Assembly: GCA_030604855.1 (NCBI GenBank)
Contig: JAUVVC010000009.1
Coordinates: 1-32,000, forward strand
Source of the DNA: Erysipelotrichaceae bacterium
GTDB taxonomy: Bacteria; Bacillota_I; Bacilli_A; Erysipelotrichales; Erysipelotrichaceae
Direction: 5' to 3'
Length of the DNA stretch: 32,000 bases
Made by a program: the position numbers and the translations under genes. The notes beneath the pieces are model-generated. The model had not been told where the DNA came from. It was given only the letters and a program-made list of their open reading frames with translations, and made no database searches. This document shows, piece by piece, positions 1 to 10,586 of this stretch (within the stretch, counting starts at the first letter, position 1; every line of letters begins with the position of its first letter).

Positions 1-127
1 GACCCGTTCACGGGTAGCAAGTAGACGATGCAAGTGACAGACTGCATCAGCGCTGTAAAGCGCCGCTAGTATTACAGGGCTATGCCCGCAAATGTAAAAC
101 CACTAGCTAAGCTAGTGGATATTTATT
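1..127 (+). other. 3' end of an unidentified structured transcript or 3' UTR entering from upstream of the window
   Basis: All three + frames hit stops within about 40 nt. Five consecutive hairpins: 2-15 (ACCCG/CGGGT), 27-48 (GATGCA/TGCATC), 50-63 (GCGCT/AGCGC), 77-87 (GGGC/GCCC) and 100-118 (terminator). No RNA family recognised. Confidence 0.3.
100..127 (+). terminator. Candidate intrinsic terminator
   Basis: 8-bp stem CCACTAGC/GCTAGTGG with a 3-nt loop (100-118), followed by the AT-rich tail ATATTTATT. The U-tract is interrupted. Confidence 0.5.
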
Positions 128-159
128 AGGGCATTCAAATCGGTGCCGTAAAGGGGCTG

Positions 160-168
160 TGCTATAAT
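160..168 (+). promoter_or_regulatory. Candidate extended -10 promoter (TGcTATAAT) for the nitroreductase gene
   Basis: TGCTATAAT at 160-168, 23 nt upstream of ATG 192. GAGGT Shine-Dalgarno at 183-187. No good -35. Confidence 0.4.
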
Positions 169-191
169 TCAGCTGTTGATTTGAGGTAAAC

Positions 192-749
192 ATGCAAAGA
201 ATAACACACTATCCACTCTTGAAAGAGATTCAAAATCGTTGGTCTGCACGTGCGTTCAGTTCACGATTCGTAGAGAATGAAGACCTATACGCACTGATTG
301 AAGCGGCTTCGCTCGCACCTTCAGCGATGAATGAACAGCCTTGGCGTTTCATCGTAGGAAACAATCCAGATGATCTGTCCCTATTGAAGCAATCTCTGTT
401 TCCAAGCAATCACGATTGGGCTCAACATGCCCCTGTTTTGATTGCGTTATGTACAAAGAAAACGACGACTTTCAACGGAAAAGATAACTTCTACAGTCGT
501 TTTGATGCGGGAAGTGCTTGGGCGTATTTAAGCTTGGAAGCCAACCGCCGGGATTTGATCGCACATGCGATCGGTGGGTTTGATAAACAGCTGATTCATG
601 ATCACTATGAACTTACAGATGATTTCGAAGTGGTCTTGATGATTGCGGTCGGGTATGCAGGCGACATCAAATCCTTAAGTGAAAAGTACCAAGAGCGTGA
701 AAAACCAGGATCAAGACGACCTTTTATGGAAATGATTCTAACGAAATAG
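192..749 (+). CDS. Nitroreductase-family (FMN-dependent) oxidoreductase
   Basis: 185-aa ORF. N-terminal RWSARAF and SAMNEQPWRF motifs are typical of the nitroreductase fold. SD GAGGT lies upstream. Confidence 0.85.
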   Translation: MQRITHYPLLKEIQNRWSARAFSSRFVENEDLYALIEAASLAPSAMNEQPWRFIVGNNPDDLSLLKQSLFPSNHDWAQHAPVLIALCTKKTTTFNGKDNFYSRFDAGSAWAYLSLEANRRDLIAHAIGGFDKQLIHDHYELTDDFEVVLMIAVGYAGDIKSLSEKYQEREKPGSRRPFMEMILTK

Positions 750-778
750 CGTATAATGATAAAAAAGAGGAACAATAA

Positions 779-2194
779 ATGAAGAAAAACATCGGTGTCA
801 TCGGCATGGCGGTCATGGGTAAAAACCTAGCATTAAACATAGCGGATCATGGCTATTCTGTAGCCATTTATAATCGTACCTATGAAGTCACACAAAGTGT
901 GCTGCTTGAGAATCCAGGTGCGAACTTAAGCGGTGCAGAGACATTGGAAGAATTTGTCAATTTATTGGAAAGTCCACGTAAGATCATTTTATTGGTCAAG
1001 GCAGGCAAGCCTGTGGATGCTTTATTGGATCTGCTTTATCCTTTGTTGGATGAGGGGGATATCGTAGCGGATGCGGGGAATTCTTTCTTCCTCGATACGA
1101 TCCGTCGCGAAAAAGCCGCTAAAGAGAAGGGCATCAATTTCTTTGGCATGGGTGTCTCCGGGGGTGAAGAAGGGGCTCGTTTCGGTCCTGCGATCATGCC
1201 GGGCGGAAATAAAGAAGCACATGCCCACTTGAAGGAGATGTTGGAGGCCATTTCAGCTAAGGCTGAAGGGGAAGCCTGTACGACGTATATTGGAAGTGAT
1301 GGGGCTGGCCATTATGTCAAAATGGTCCATAATGGCATTGAGTATGGAGACATGGAGTTGATTTCCGAAGCTTATCATTTATTGAAACATGTGGGTAAAT
1401 TGAGTAATCAAGAACTTGCGGATGTCTTTACGGAATGGAACAAAGGAGATTTGGATTCTTATTTGATTGAGATCACCAGTCACATTTTTAAGACGAAAGA
1501 TGATTTGAGTGATGCGGATATCATTGATGTGATTAAAGATAATGCAGGTCAAAAGGGAACGGGTATTTGGACATCCAAAGAATCCATGGATCTAGGCATC
1601 CATACATCCGTGATCACCAGTGCGGTTTATGCACGATTCATTTCATCTTTACGTGATGAGCGGATCCGTGCGCATGCGATTTTACCGAGTCATACCAAGA
1701 CAAGCAACATCGATCGCAATGTGTTTATTGAGCAAGTCCGTAAAGCCCTTTATCTTGCGAAAGTCGTTTCCTATGCGCAAGGCTTTGCGTTATTGAAAGA
1801 AGCAGCGAAGCAGTACAATTGGGAACTCGATTTCGAAGCCATAGCGAAGATTTTCAGAGGGGGCTGCATCATTCGTGCCCGTTTCTTGAATCGTATCGCT
1901 GAGGCATATACAAAGAACCCAAAACTCGAGAATCTCTTATTGGATGATTACTTCTTGAAGATTGCGAACGATGGTTTGTTTGCTTTGCGCGAAGTCAATG
2001 CGATTGCCATATTGAATGGTGTACCTGCGCCAGCGTTCAGCTCAGCTGTCAATTATTACGATGCCTATCGCTCCGCTTCATTATCAACCAATCTTGTTCA
2101 AGCACAACGCGACTATTTTGGTGCGCACACCTATGAACGTTTGGATCGTGAAGGAAGTTATCACTATGAAAGTTGGGGGAAAGATGTCAAATAA
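779..2194 (+). CDS. gnd: 6-phosphogluconate dehydrogenase (decarboxylating)
   Basis: 471 aa. N-terminal GVIGMAVMGKNLALN Rossmann motif, plus GHYVKMVHNGIEYGDM and RDYFGAHTYER signatures. SD AGAGGA. Confidence 0.95.
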   Translation: MKKNIGVIGMAVMGKNLALNIADHGYSVAIYNRTYEVTQSVLLENPGANLSGAETLEEFVNLLESPRKIILLVKAGKPVDALLDLLYPLLDEGDIVADAGNSFFLDTIRREKAAKEKGINFFGMGVSGGEEGARFGPAIMPGGNKEAHAHLKEMLEAISAKAEGEACTTYIGSDGAGHYVKMVHNGIEYGDMELISEAYHLLKHVGKLSNQELADVFTEWNKGDLDSYLIEITSHIFKTKDDLSDADIIDVIKDNAGQKGTGIWTSKESMDLGIHTSVITSAVYARFISSLRDERIRAHAILPSHTKTSNIDRNVFIEQVRKALYLAKVVSYAQGFALLKEAAKQYNWELDFEAIAKIFRGGCIIRARFLNRIAEAYTKNPKLENLLLDDYFLKIANDGLFALREVNAIAILNGVPAPAFSSAVNYYDAYRSASLSTNLVQAQRDYFGAHTYERLDREGSYHYESWGKDVK

Positions 2195-3611
2195 ACCCAG
2201 TCTTGTCTTTACCATCTTTGGCTCAACCGGTGATTTGACCTATCGTAAACTCTTGCCGGCTTTGTATCATCTTAAACATCGTTCGCACTTAGCGGATGAT
2301 TTTGAGATTCGATGCATCGGTCGAAGAAATTATACACAGACTGAGTATCTCGCGATCATTGAACCTTGGATCCGTAAACAATCACGTTTCAAGTTTGAAG
2401 AGTCCACTTATCAAGCATTTACCAAACATATTCGATACATCCAAATGGAATTCACCAAAATGGAAGCCTATGATTTATTGGATGCCTATCCTTGTGGAAC
2501 AGACAATCTCTATTATTTTGCGGTTTCTCCGGAGTTCTTCACCTTGATTTCTGAAGGTTTGTATCAATCAGGTTATTTAAAAAATGGCATCCATCGCGTC
2601 ATCTTGGAGAAACCCTTTGGGGATAGTTTGGCGCATGCGAAACAAGTCAATCGATCTCTGAATCAATGGTTTGATGAAAAACACATCTATCATATCGACC
2701 ATTATCTTGGAAAAGAGATGATTCAGAACATTTTGGCGATTCGTTTCAGCAATCGACTCTTTGAATCCGTTTGGAACAGTGAAAACATCGAACAGATTCA
2801 AATCACAGCAGCCGAAACGGTGGGTGTCGAAACACGAGGCTCCTATTACGAACAAGCAGGTGCGATCAAGGATATGTTACAGAATCACTTGTTGCAAATC
2901 ATGAGCTATGTGGTCATGGAGCGTCCCGAGTCGTTGAACAGCAAGGATATGGTAGACAAGCAGATATCCGTGCTTGCCAATGTATCCTTGGATCGCTTGG
3001 TCATTGGTCAATATGGTTCGAAAGATGAACATAAGGCTTATCGAGATGAGGCGAATGTCGATCCGAATTCTACGATCGATACCTATGCGGCCGTACGCCT
3101 GCATTTAAATGAGGGTCCGCTAAAATCGGTACCGATTTACTTACGAACAGGAAAACGTTTGAGTCAGCGGGCGACGTATATCAAAGTCATTTTCAAAGCC
3201 ATTGGCAATGATCTCTATCAATGTAAGCAACATGAGGTTTTGACTATCAAGGTTCAACCAGATGAGGGTGTCAGTCTTTCCTTCAACGCTAAGAAACCGG
3301 GTACGATCAATACCATCACCGAAGTAAAAATGGATTTTTGTCAGAGTTGCATTCTTGAGAATCGCATCAACACACCTGAAGCGTATGAACGATTATTGGA
3401 TGATGCGTTCAATCATGATGATGGTTTGTTCACACCTTGGCCGATTGTTGAATTGAGTTGGCATTTCGGTGAGGCGATCACAAACAAAATCCAACATGAG
3501 AAAATTGATCTATCCATTTATCCTTCGTATTCACAAGGCCCACAAGAAGCAGATCAAATGCTAGAAGAAGATGGCTTTTATTGGTTGGAAGAGGATGAAC
3601 TGTCCTATTAG
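2184..3611 (+). CDS. zwf: Glucose-6-phosphate 1-dehydrogenase
   Basis: FGSTGDLTYRKLLPALY NADP motif and EKPFG / DHYLGKE active-site motifs. The start is moved to ATG 2184 (SD GGGGGA at 2175-2180), overlapping the gnd stop by 11 nt. The ORF-track start at 2016 lies inside gnd. Confidence 0.93.
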   Translation: MSNKPSLVFTIFGSTGDLTYRKLLPALYHLKHRSHLADDFEIRCIGRRNYTQTEYLAIIEPWIRKQSRFKFEESTYQAFTKHIRYIQMEFTKMEAYDLLDAYPCGTDNLYYFAVSPEFFTLISEGLYQSGYLKNGIHRVILEKPFGDSLAHAKQVNRSLNQWFDEKHIYHIDHYLGKEMIQNILAIRFSNRLFESVWNSENIEQIQITAAETVGVETRGSYYEQAGAIKDMLQNHLLQIMSYVVMERPESLNSKDMVDKQISVLANVSLDRLVIGQYGSKDEHKAYRDEANVDPNSTIDTYAAVRLHLNEGPLKSVPIYLRTGKRLSQRATYIKVIFKAIGNDLYQCKQHEVLTIKVQPDEGVSLSFNAKKPGTINTITEVKMDFCQSCILENRINTPEAYERLLDDAFNHDDGLFTPWPIVELSWHFGEAITNKIQHEKIDLSIYPSYSQGPQEADQMLEEDGFYWLEEDELSY

Positions 3612-3620
3612 GGGGAGACT

Positions 3621-4499
3621 GTGAGAAAACAATTAGGAGTTGCACTGTGTGGGGGTGGAATCAAAGCGTATTGCCAGATTGGGGCATTACGTTATCTTAC
3701 GGAGCAAAACATCAAAATGGAGGCCTTTGCGGGAACAAGCATGGGATCGATCATCGCGACGTTCATGGCATTGGGTGTACCCATTCAACGGATTCAGGAA
3801 CAACTTCTGAAGATTGAGAAAACCATCATCGATGAAAAACTGCTTGCCCCAACCAATGCGCAAGTATTTCCCGTTTTAACACGCACCATGACAGGTCTTG
3901 TGGATCCATCCCGTTTTGTTCAAATCGTGGAAGATGAGCTAAGTGTTTATCATGTAAAGATGTTGCGAGATGTCAAATATCCTTTAATCATAGTGGCTGT
4001 TGATCTGATCAGTGGTAAATTGGTGTATTTCACGAATCGAAAAGAGTGGATCAAACCCTTAACATCCCAAGTGATCATCCAAGAGGATGTCTCGATCGTA
4101 GATGCGCTACGCGCATCATGTTCATTCCCCATGGTGTTTGAAACCATGGAGTTGAAAGACATGCAGCTGGTGGATGGGGGTATCTTGATGAATCTTCCTG
4201 TATTACCTCTAAAGGAAATGGGGTTCAAACAGGTATTCTCCGTTTCGATGGAAAACATCAATACATTTGAAAAAAGCAAACACGTGACCGAAATCGGAGC
4301 ACGCATCGTGGAGCTTATGACAATTCAAACGACTGTAAGCATGATGCAGATGGCCGATTTCAATCTCAATGTGTTTGATAAAAAAATAGGCATCTTTTCC
4401 TTTGGACAAGGTGAAGCTGCCATTAATCTTGGGTATCAGCGTGCAAAAGAAGAATCAAAGCATATCTTGGCTTTGAATAAACGCAGCTTTTTGTTTTAG
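3621..4499 (+). CDS. Patatin-like phospholipase family protein
   Basis: 292 aa. GGGIKAY oxyanion motif, GTSMGS (GxSxG nucleophile) and LVDGG catalytic Asp motif. GTG start with SD GGGGGAG at 3611-3617, only 9 nt after zwf. Confidence 0.85.
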   Translation: MRKQLGVALCGGGIKAYCQIGALRYLTEQNIKMEAFAGTSMGSIIATFMALGVPIQRIQEQLLKIEKTIIDEKLLAPTNAQVFPVLTRTMTGLVDPSRFVQIVEDELSVYHVKMLRDVKYPLIIVAVDLISGKLVYFTNRKEWIKPLTSQVIIQEDVSIVDALRASCSFPMVFETMELKDMQLVDGGILMNLPVLPLKEMGFKQVFSVSMENINTFEKSKHVTEIGARIVELMTIQTTVSMMQMADFNLNVFDKKIGIFSFGQGEAAINLGYQRAKEESKHILALNKRSFLF

Positions 4500-5456
4500 C
4501 CATCTCCTGTGAAGTGTTATGATGGGCAATTCAAGACTTTCTTGATAATTCACCCATTTAAAGTCATCGCTCATATTTATGTGTGCGATATGGAACTTGA
4601 CATCCCAAATTTTATGACTGAAGACGTGCCTGAGGGTGACGTCTTTTTTGTATTCTGTAATGTTTGCTTGTGAAAGCGTTGGAAGTCGATAATAACCCTG
4701 CATCAAACTGTCGTTATGCTCAAGGGTTAAAGCAAATTGACCCTTCTCATTGATCAAAAGAACAACATCGATCTGTTCACTTTGTTTCACGAGTTGTTTA
4801 GCGGCTTTTGGGTAGTCCTTTACCACATCGGACTTTCGAGCTGAACAATAATCCCGAAGCGGGCAGATCTCACACTTTGCTTGTTTCGTACAAATCAATG
4901 CGCCCAGTTCCATAAGTGCCTGTGTCAAATCACCAGGACTGACGTCTTCCATCCAGGTTTCAATCTTTTGTTTGATGATTTGTGTGAACTCTTTCTTGAG
5001 CTCGGTTTCATCCAGTAGAAACAGGCGACTCATGACTCGTTTCACATTGCCATCGATGGCTGCTTGCTTTTCATCGAAACAAATGGATGCAATGGCAGCT
5101 GAGGTATAATCACCTATACCGGATAATTGTAGAATACGTTCCTTTGAATGAGGAAAGATGCCATCATGTTCATGCTTGATCTGAAGGGCAGCTTTTTGGA
5201 TGTTTCGAACTCTAGAGTAATAACCCAGACCTTCCCATAAACGATAGAGATCATCTTCTTCGGCATCAAAAAGATCATTCAATGTTGGATATTGTTCCAT
5301 CCATCGATTGTAATAGGGAATCAAGGTATCAATTTGAGTCTGTTGAGCCATGATTTCGCTGATCCAGATACGATAAGGATCTTTGTTCAATCGAAAAGCC
5401 AGATCACGTTTATTTCGGGTGTACCAATTGACAAGGTCGATGTGAGGTTTTGACAT
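4455..5456 (-). CDS. mutY: A/G-specific adenine DNA glycosylase
   Basis: 333 aa. HhH-GPD region (WISEIMAQQTQ, LSGIGDYTSAAI), 4Fe-4S cluster loop CTKQAKCEICPLRDYC and a C-terminal NUDIX-like domain. Confidence 0.9.
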   Translation of the reverse strand: MSKPHIDLVNWYTRNKRDLAFRLNKDPYRIWISEIMAQQTQIDTLIPYYNRWMEQYPTLNDLFDAEEDDLYRLWEGLGYYSRVRNIQKAALQIKHEHDGIFPHSKERILQLSGIGDYTSAAIASICFDEKQAAIDGNVKRVMSRLFLLDETELKKEFTQIIKQKIETWMEDVSPGDLTQALMELGALICTKQAKCEICPLRDYCSARKSDVVKDYPKAAKQLVKQSEQIDVVLLINEKGQFALTLEHNDSLMQGYYRLPTLSQANITEYKKDVTLRHVFSHKIWDVKFHIAHINMSDDFKWVNYQESLELPIITLHRRWLKQKAAFIQSQDML

Positions 5457-5462
5457 GATGAC

Positions 5463-5471
5463 ATTATAACA
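5463..5471 (-). promoter_or_regulatory. Extended -10 element TGTTATAAT for mutY with leaderless geometry
   Basis: The minus strand reads TGTTATAAT-GTCATC-ATG, with six nt between the -10 hexamer and the mutY ATG (5454-5456). No SD is present. Confidence 0.5.
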
Positions 5472-5480
5472 AAGACAAAA

Positions 5481-5505
5481 TTAAAAGCGAGAATCTCGCT
5501 TTTAA
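5481..5505. repeat. Perfect 25-nt palindrome / hairpin
   Basis: TTAAAAGCGAGA-A-TCTCGCTTTTAA, 12-nt arms around a single central base. Flanked by A and T runs, so it is terminator-like on both strands. It sits at about -15 to -40 of the mutY promoter. Confidence 0.9.
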
Positions 5506-5560
5506 ATATCAATTCCTTCTGTAGGAGTGGGAGGGAAATGAAGAGCAGAAGGAAAACAAA

Positions 5561-5588
5561 TTGTAATCTTAACTGACTCCATTATAAT
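5561..5588 (+). promoter_or_regulatory. Candidate sigma-A promoter for typA
   Basis: TTGTAA (5561-5566), 16-nt spacer, TATAAT (5583-5588). Predicts a roughly 90-nt leader. Confidence 0.45.
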
Positions 5589-5685
5589 GTAAGGTGTAAG
5601 ATCAGTTGTGAAAGCTGAGTGAAAAAAGAAAGCTTAATGCGTTTGATTGTGATACAATCAACAAGTTAATTAACTGAGGAACCTA

Positions 5686-8673
<2,988 letters not shown>

Positions 8674-8674
<1 letters not shown>

Positions 8675-9696
8675 TGAAGACGCATGACTTTGATTTTCAT
8701 CTACCGACCGACCTGATTGCCCAGCATCCGCTTGAAGATCGGAGTGCTTCTCGGCTTTTGGTTTTGAATCGTAAAGACGAATCCATTGAGCACCATCACT
8801 TTAATGAGATCATCGATTATCTTCATGCGGGTGATGTTTTGGTTCTGAATGATACCCGTGTCTTACCGGCACGGCTTTTTGGCATCAAACTAAAAACCAA
8901 TGCCAATATCGAATGTTTGATTCTTAGACATGAACAAGATACGGTATTGTGCATGGTTCGCAATGCTCGAGCGGTAAGACTTGGTACGATTGTAGAATTC
9001 GGCGAAGGAGCGTTGCGCTTTGAATGCATCGAAGTTTTAGACCAAGGCTTAAGACGCTTCAAGATCCTCAGTGAGGGTGTTTTTTTAGAGGTGCTCGCAA
9101 AACTTGGGACGATTCCGCTTCCGCCTTATATCAAAGAACGTTTGGAGGATCCTGAACGTTATCAAACCGTCTATGCCAAGCAATCGGGAAGTGCGGCTGC
9201 CCCTACGGCAGGACTACATTTCACTAAAGCACTTTTGCACGAGATTGAAGCGAAGGGTGTGCAGCTCTGTTATGTGACCTTGCATGTCGGCTTAGGAACT
9301 TTCAAACCTGTGGATGTGGAAGACATTGATAATCACATCATGCATGAAGAGGTTTATGAAGTCTCACAGGAAAGTGCTCACATCTTAAATAATGCTAAGC
9401 AGGAGGGTCGACGGATCATTGCGGTTGGAACGACATCGGTACGAACCTTGGAATCGCAAGTGCAGAAACATGGTCGTTTCATCGAAGAAGCCAGTTCCAC
9501 GCAGATCTTCATCACTCCAGGGTATCAATTCAAGGCAATCGATGCCTTGATCACCAACTTCCATCTACCCAAGTCAACCTTGGTGATGTTGGTGAGTGCC
9601 TTTGCGAATCGAGATTATATCTTACATGCCTATCACATGGCGATTGAAGAGCGTTACCGTTTCTTCTCCTTCGGCGATGCCATGTTCATCCAATGA
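8674..9696 (+). CDS. queA: S-adenosylmethionine:tRNA ribosyltransferase-isomerase
   Basis: 340 aa. [26 protein letters not shown]-terminus and [10 protein letters not shown] motif. The start overlaps the tgt stop (TAATG). Confidence 0.95.
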
Positions 9697-10331
9697 GAAA
9701 ACGAACTGACCATCAATGGGAGATCGAGAAGCTTGATGAGCTTCGTAAACTCAGTGTCAAACCACGCCTTTTGATGCAGTCCTGTTGCGCGGTATGCAAC
9801 AGCTGGCCGCTTGAATACTTATACTCAATATTTGACATTACGGTTTACTATAACAATTCAAACATCTATCCGGAATCGGAATATCATCTGCGTTTGAGTG
9901 AGTTGAAAACCTATGTCGCTACCTTCAACACTGCTAAGAACACTTCGATTGTAATCATTGAAGAACCCTATGATTATGAGCGTTACAATGCGGATTTCTT
10001 ATCAAAACGCGGTTTTGATAAAGAAGGTTCGAACCGTTGTGGCATGTGCTATGCGTTACGCATCAATCAAGCATTGGCATATGCCGACAAACACGGCTTT
10101 GAATACTGTACGACGGTCATGACGATCTCGCGTCAAAAGAGTGCGGATAAGATCAACGCCATCGCACGTCGCTTGGCAACAGCCTATCCCCACGTGAACT
10201 ACTTCTATTCGAATTTCAAGAAGAACAAAGGCATTGATTTCTCGGTCGACACAGCTAAAGCTTTAGGTATCTATAAGCAGGAGTATTGTGGTTGTGAGTA
10301 CTCTGTCCATAAAAAAGATTTCGATGTTTGA
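9693..10331 (+). CDS. queH: Epoxyqueuosine reductase QueH (DUF208 family)
   Basis: 212 aa. Cys motifs [13 protein letters not shown] and YCGCEYS match the QueH/DUF208 pattern. ATGA overlap with queA. The SD is weak, so the exact start is less certain. Confidence 0.8.
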   Translation: MRKRTDHQWEIEKLDELRKLSVKPRLLMQSCCAVCNSWPLEYLYSIFDITVYYNNSNIYPESEYHLRLSELKTYVATFNTAKNTSIVIIEEPYDYERYNADFLSKRGFDKEGSNRCGMCYALRINQALAYADKHGFEYCTTVMTISRQKSADKINAIARRLATAYPHVNYFYSNFKKNKGIDFSVDTAKALGIYKQEYCGCEYSVHKKDFDV

Positions 10332-10360
10332 TTGACGCTTTCTTTAATTTTGAATATACT
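10332..10360 (+). promoter_or_regulatory. Sigma-A promoter of the T-box leader
   Basis: TTGACG (10332-10337), 17-nt spacer, TATACT (10355-10360), immediately after the queH stop. Confidence 0.7.
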
Positions 10361-10366
10361 GTATTC

Positions 10367-10571
10367 AAAGCTGTGAACGAAATAAACTTATCTTATGGAA
10401 ACAGAGAAAGCTTTGGGTCGATGTGACAAAGCCAAGTATGATAAGCCTGTCCTTCGGGAGCTGATTGCTGAATCAAGTAAGACAATCCGGTTGTCCCGTT
10501 ATAACATTGAGCACAGATGTGAAATTAAGGTGGTACCACGTTATCCGACGTCCTTTGGTGGACGTTTTTTT
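10367..10571 (+). promoter_or_regulatory. T-box riboswitch leader (probable tRNA-Val specificity)
   Basis: AGAGA AG-bay (about 10403-10407). Stem I pairings CTTATC/GATAAG and GCTTTG/CAAAGC. Conserved T-box sequence AATTAAGGTGGTACCACG (10523-10540). Antiterminator AAGG[TGGTACC]ACG...CGT-CCTT competes with terminator ACGTCC/GGACGT plus a T7 run. GTC at 10449-10451 sits in the putative specifier loop. Confidence 0.85.
10548..10571 (+). terminator. Intrinsic terminator of the T-box expression platform
   Basis: Stem ACGTCC (10548-10553) / GGACGT (10560-10565) followed by TTTTTTT. Confidence 0.8.
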
Positions 10572-10586
10572 ATGGAGGTGAAGAAA

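Noticed and set aside
1-127. Identification of the left-edge RNA as RNase P RNA, tmRNA, SRP RNA, a tRNA fragment or a known riboswitch
   Set aside because: Partial resemblances (GTAGACGATG..ACAGA) are followed by sequence that pairs locally instead of the conserved ACAGAAnnnGGCTTA. There is no tRNA-like 3' end and no T-loop of the correct size. The family remains unknown.
2016-2183. N-terminal extension of the zwf ORF
   Set aside because: It lies inside the gnd coding region in another frame. The G6PD homology and an SD point to ATG 2184.
3621-4499. Patatin-like phospholipase as a CBASS-type or other defence effector
   Set aside because: There is no adjacent cyclase, sensor or other defence gene. 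The protein is a compact stand-alone patatin domain embedded among housekeeping genes.
5538-5576. 12-codon mini-ORF (MKSRRKTNCNLN) behind a GGGAGGG SD-like run upstream of typA
   Set aside because: The SD-to-ATG spacing is very short. It overlaps the -35 of the predicted typA promoter and so would lie upstream of that transcript. There is no supporting evidence, so I treat it as chance.
10395-10586. N-terminal 64 codons of the ORF-track entry 10395-11192
   Set aside because: This stretch is the T-box leader RNA, including the T-box sequence and terminator U-run. A strong SD (GGAGGTG) precedes GTG 10587, and the GNAT homology begins at ETDRLILRP.
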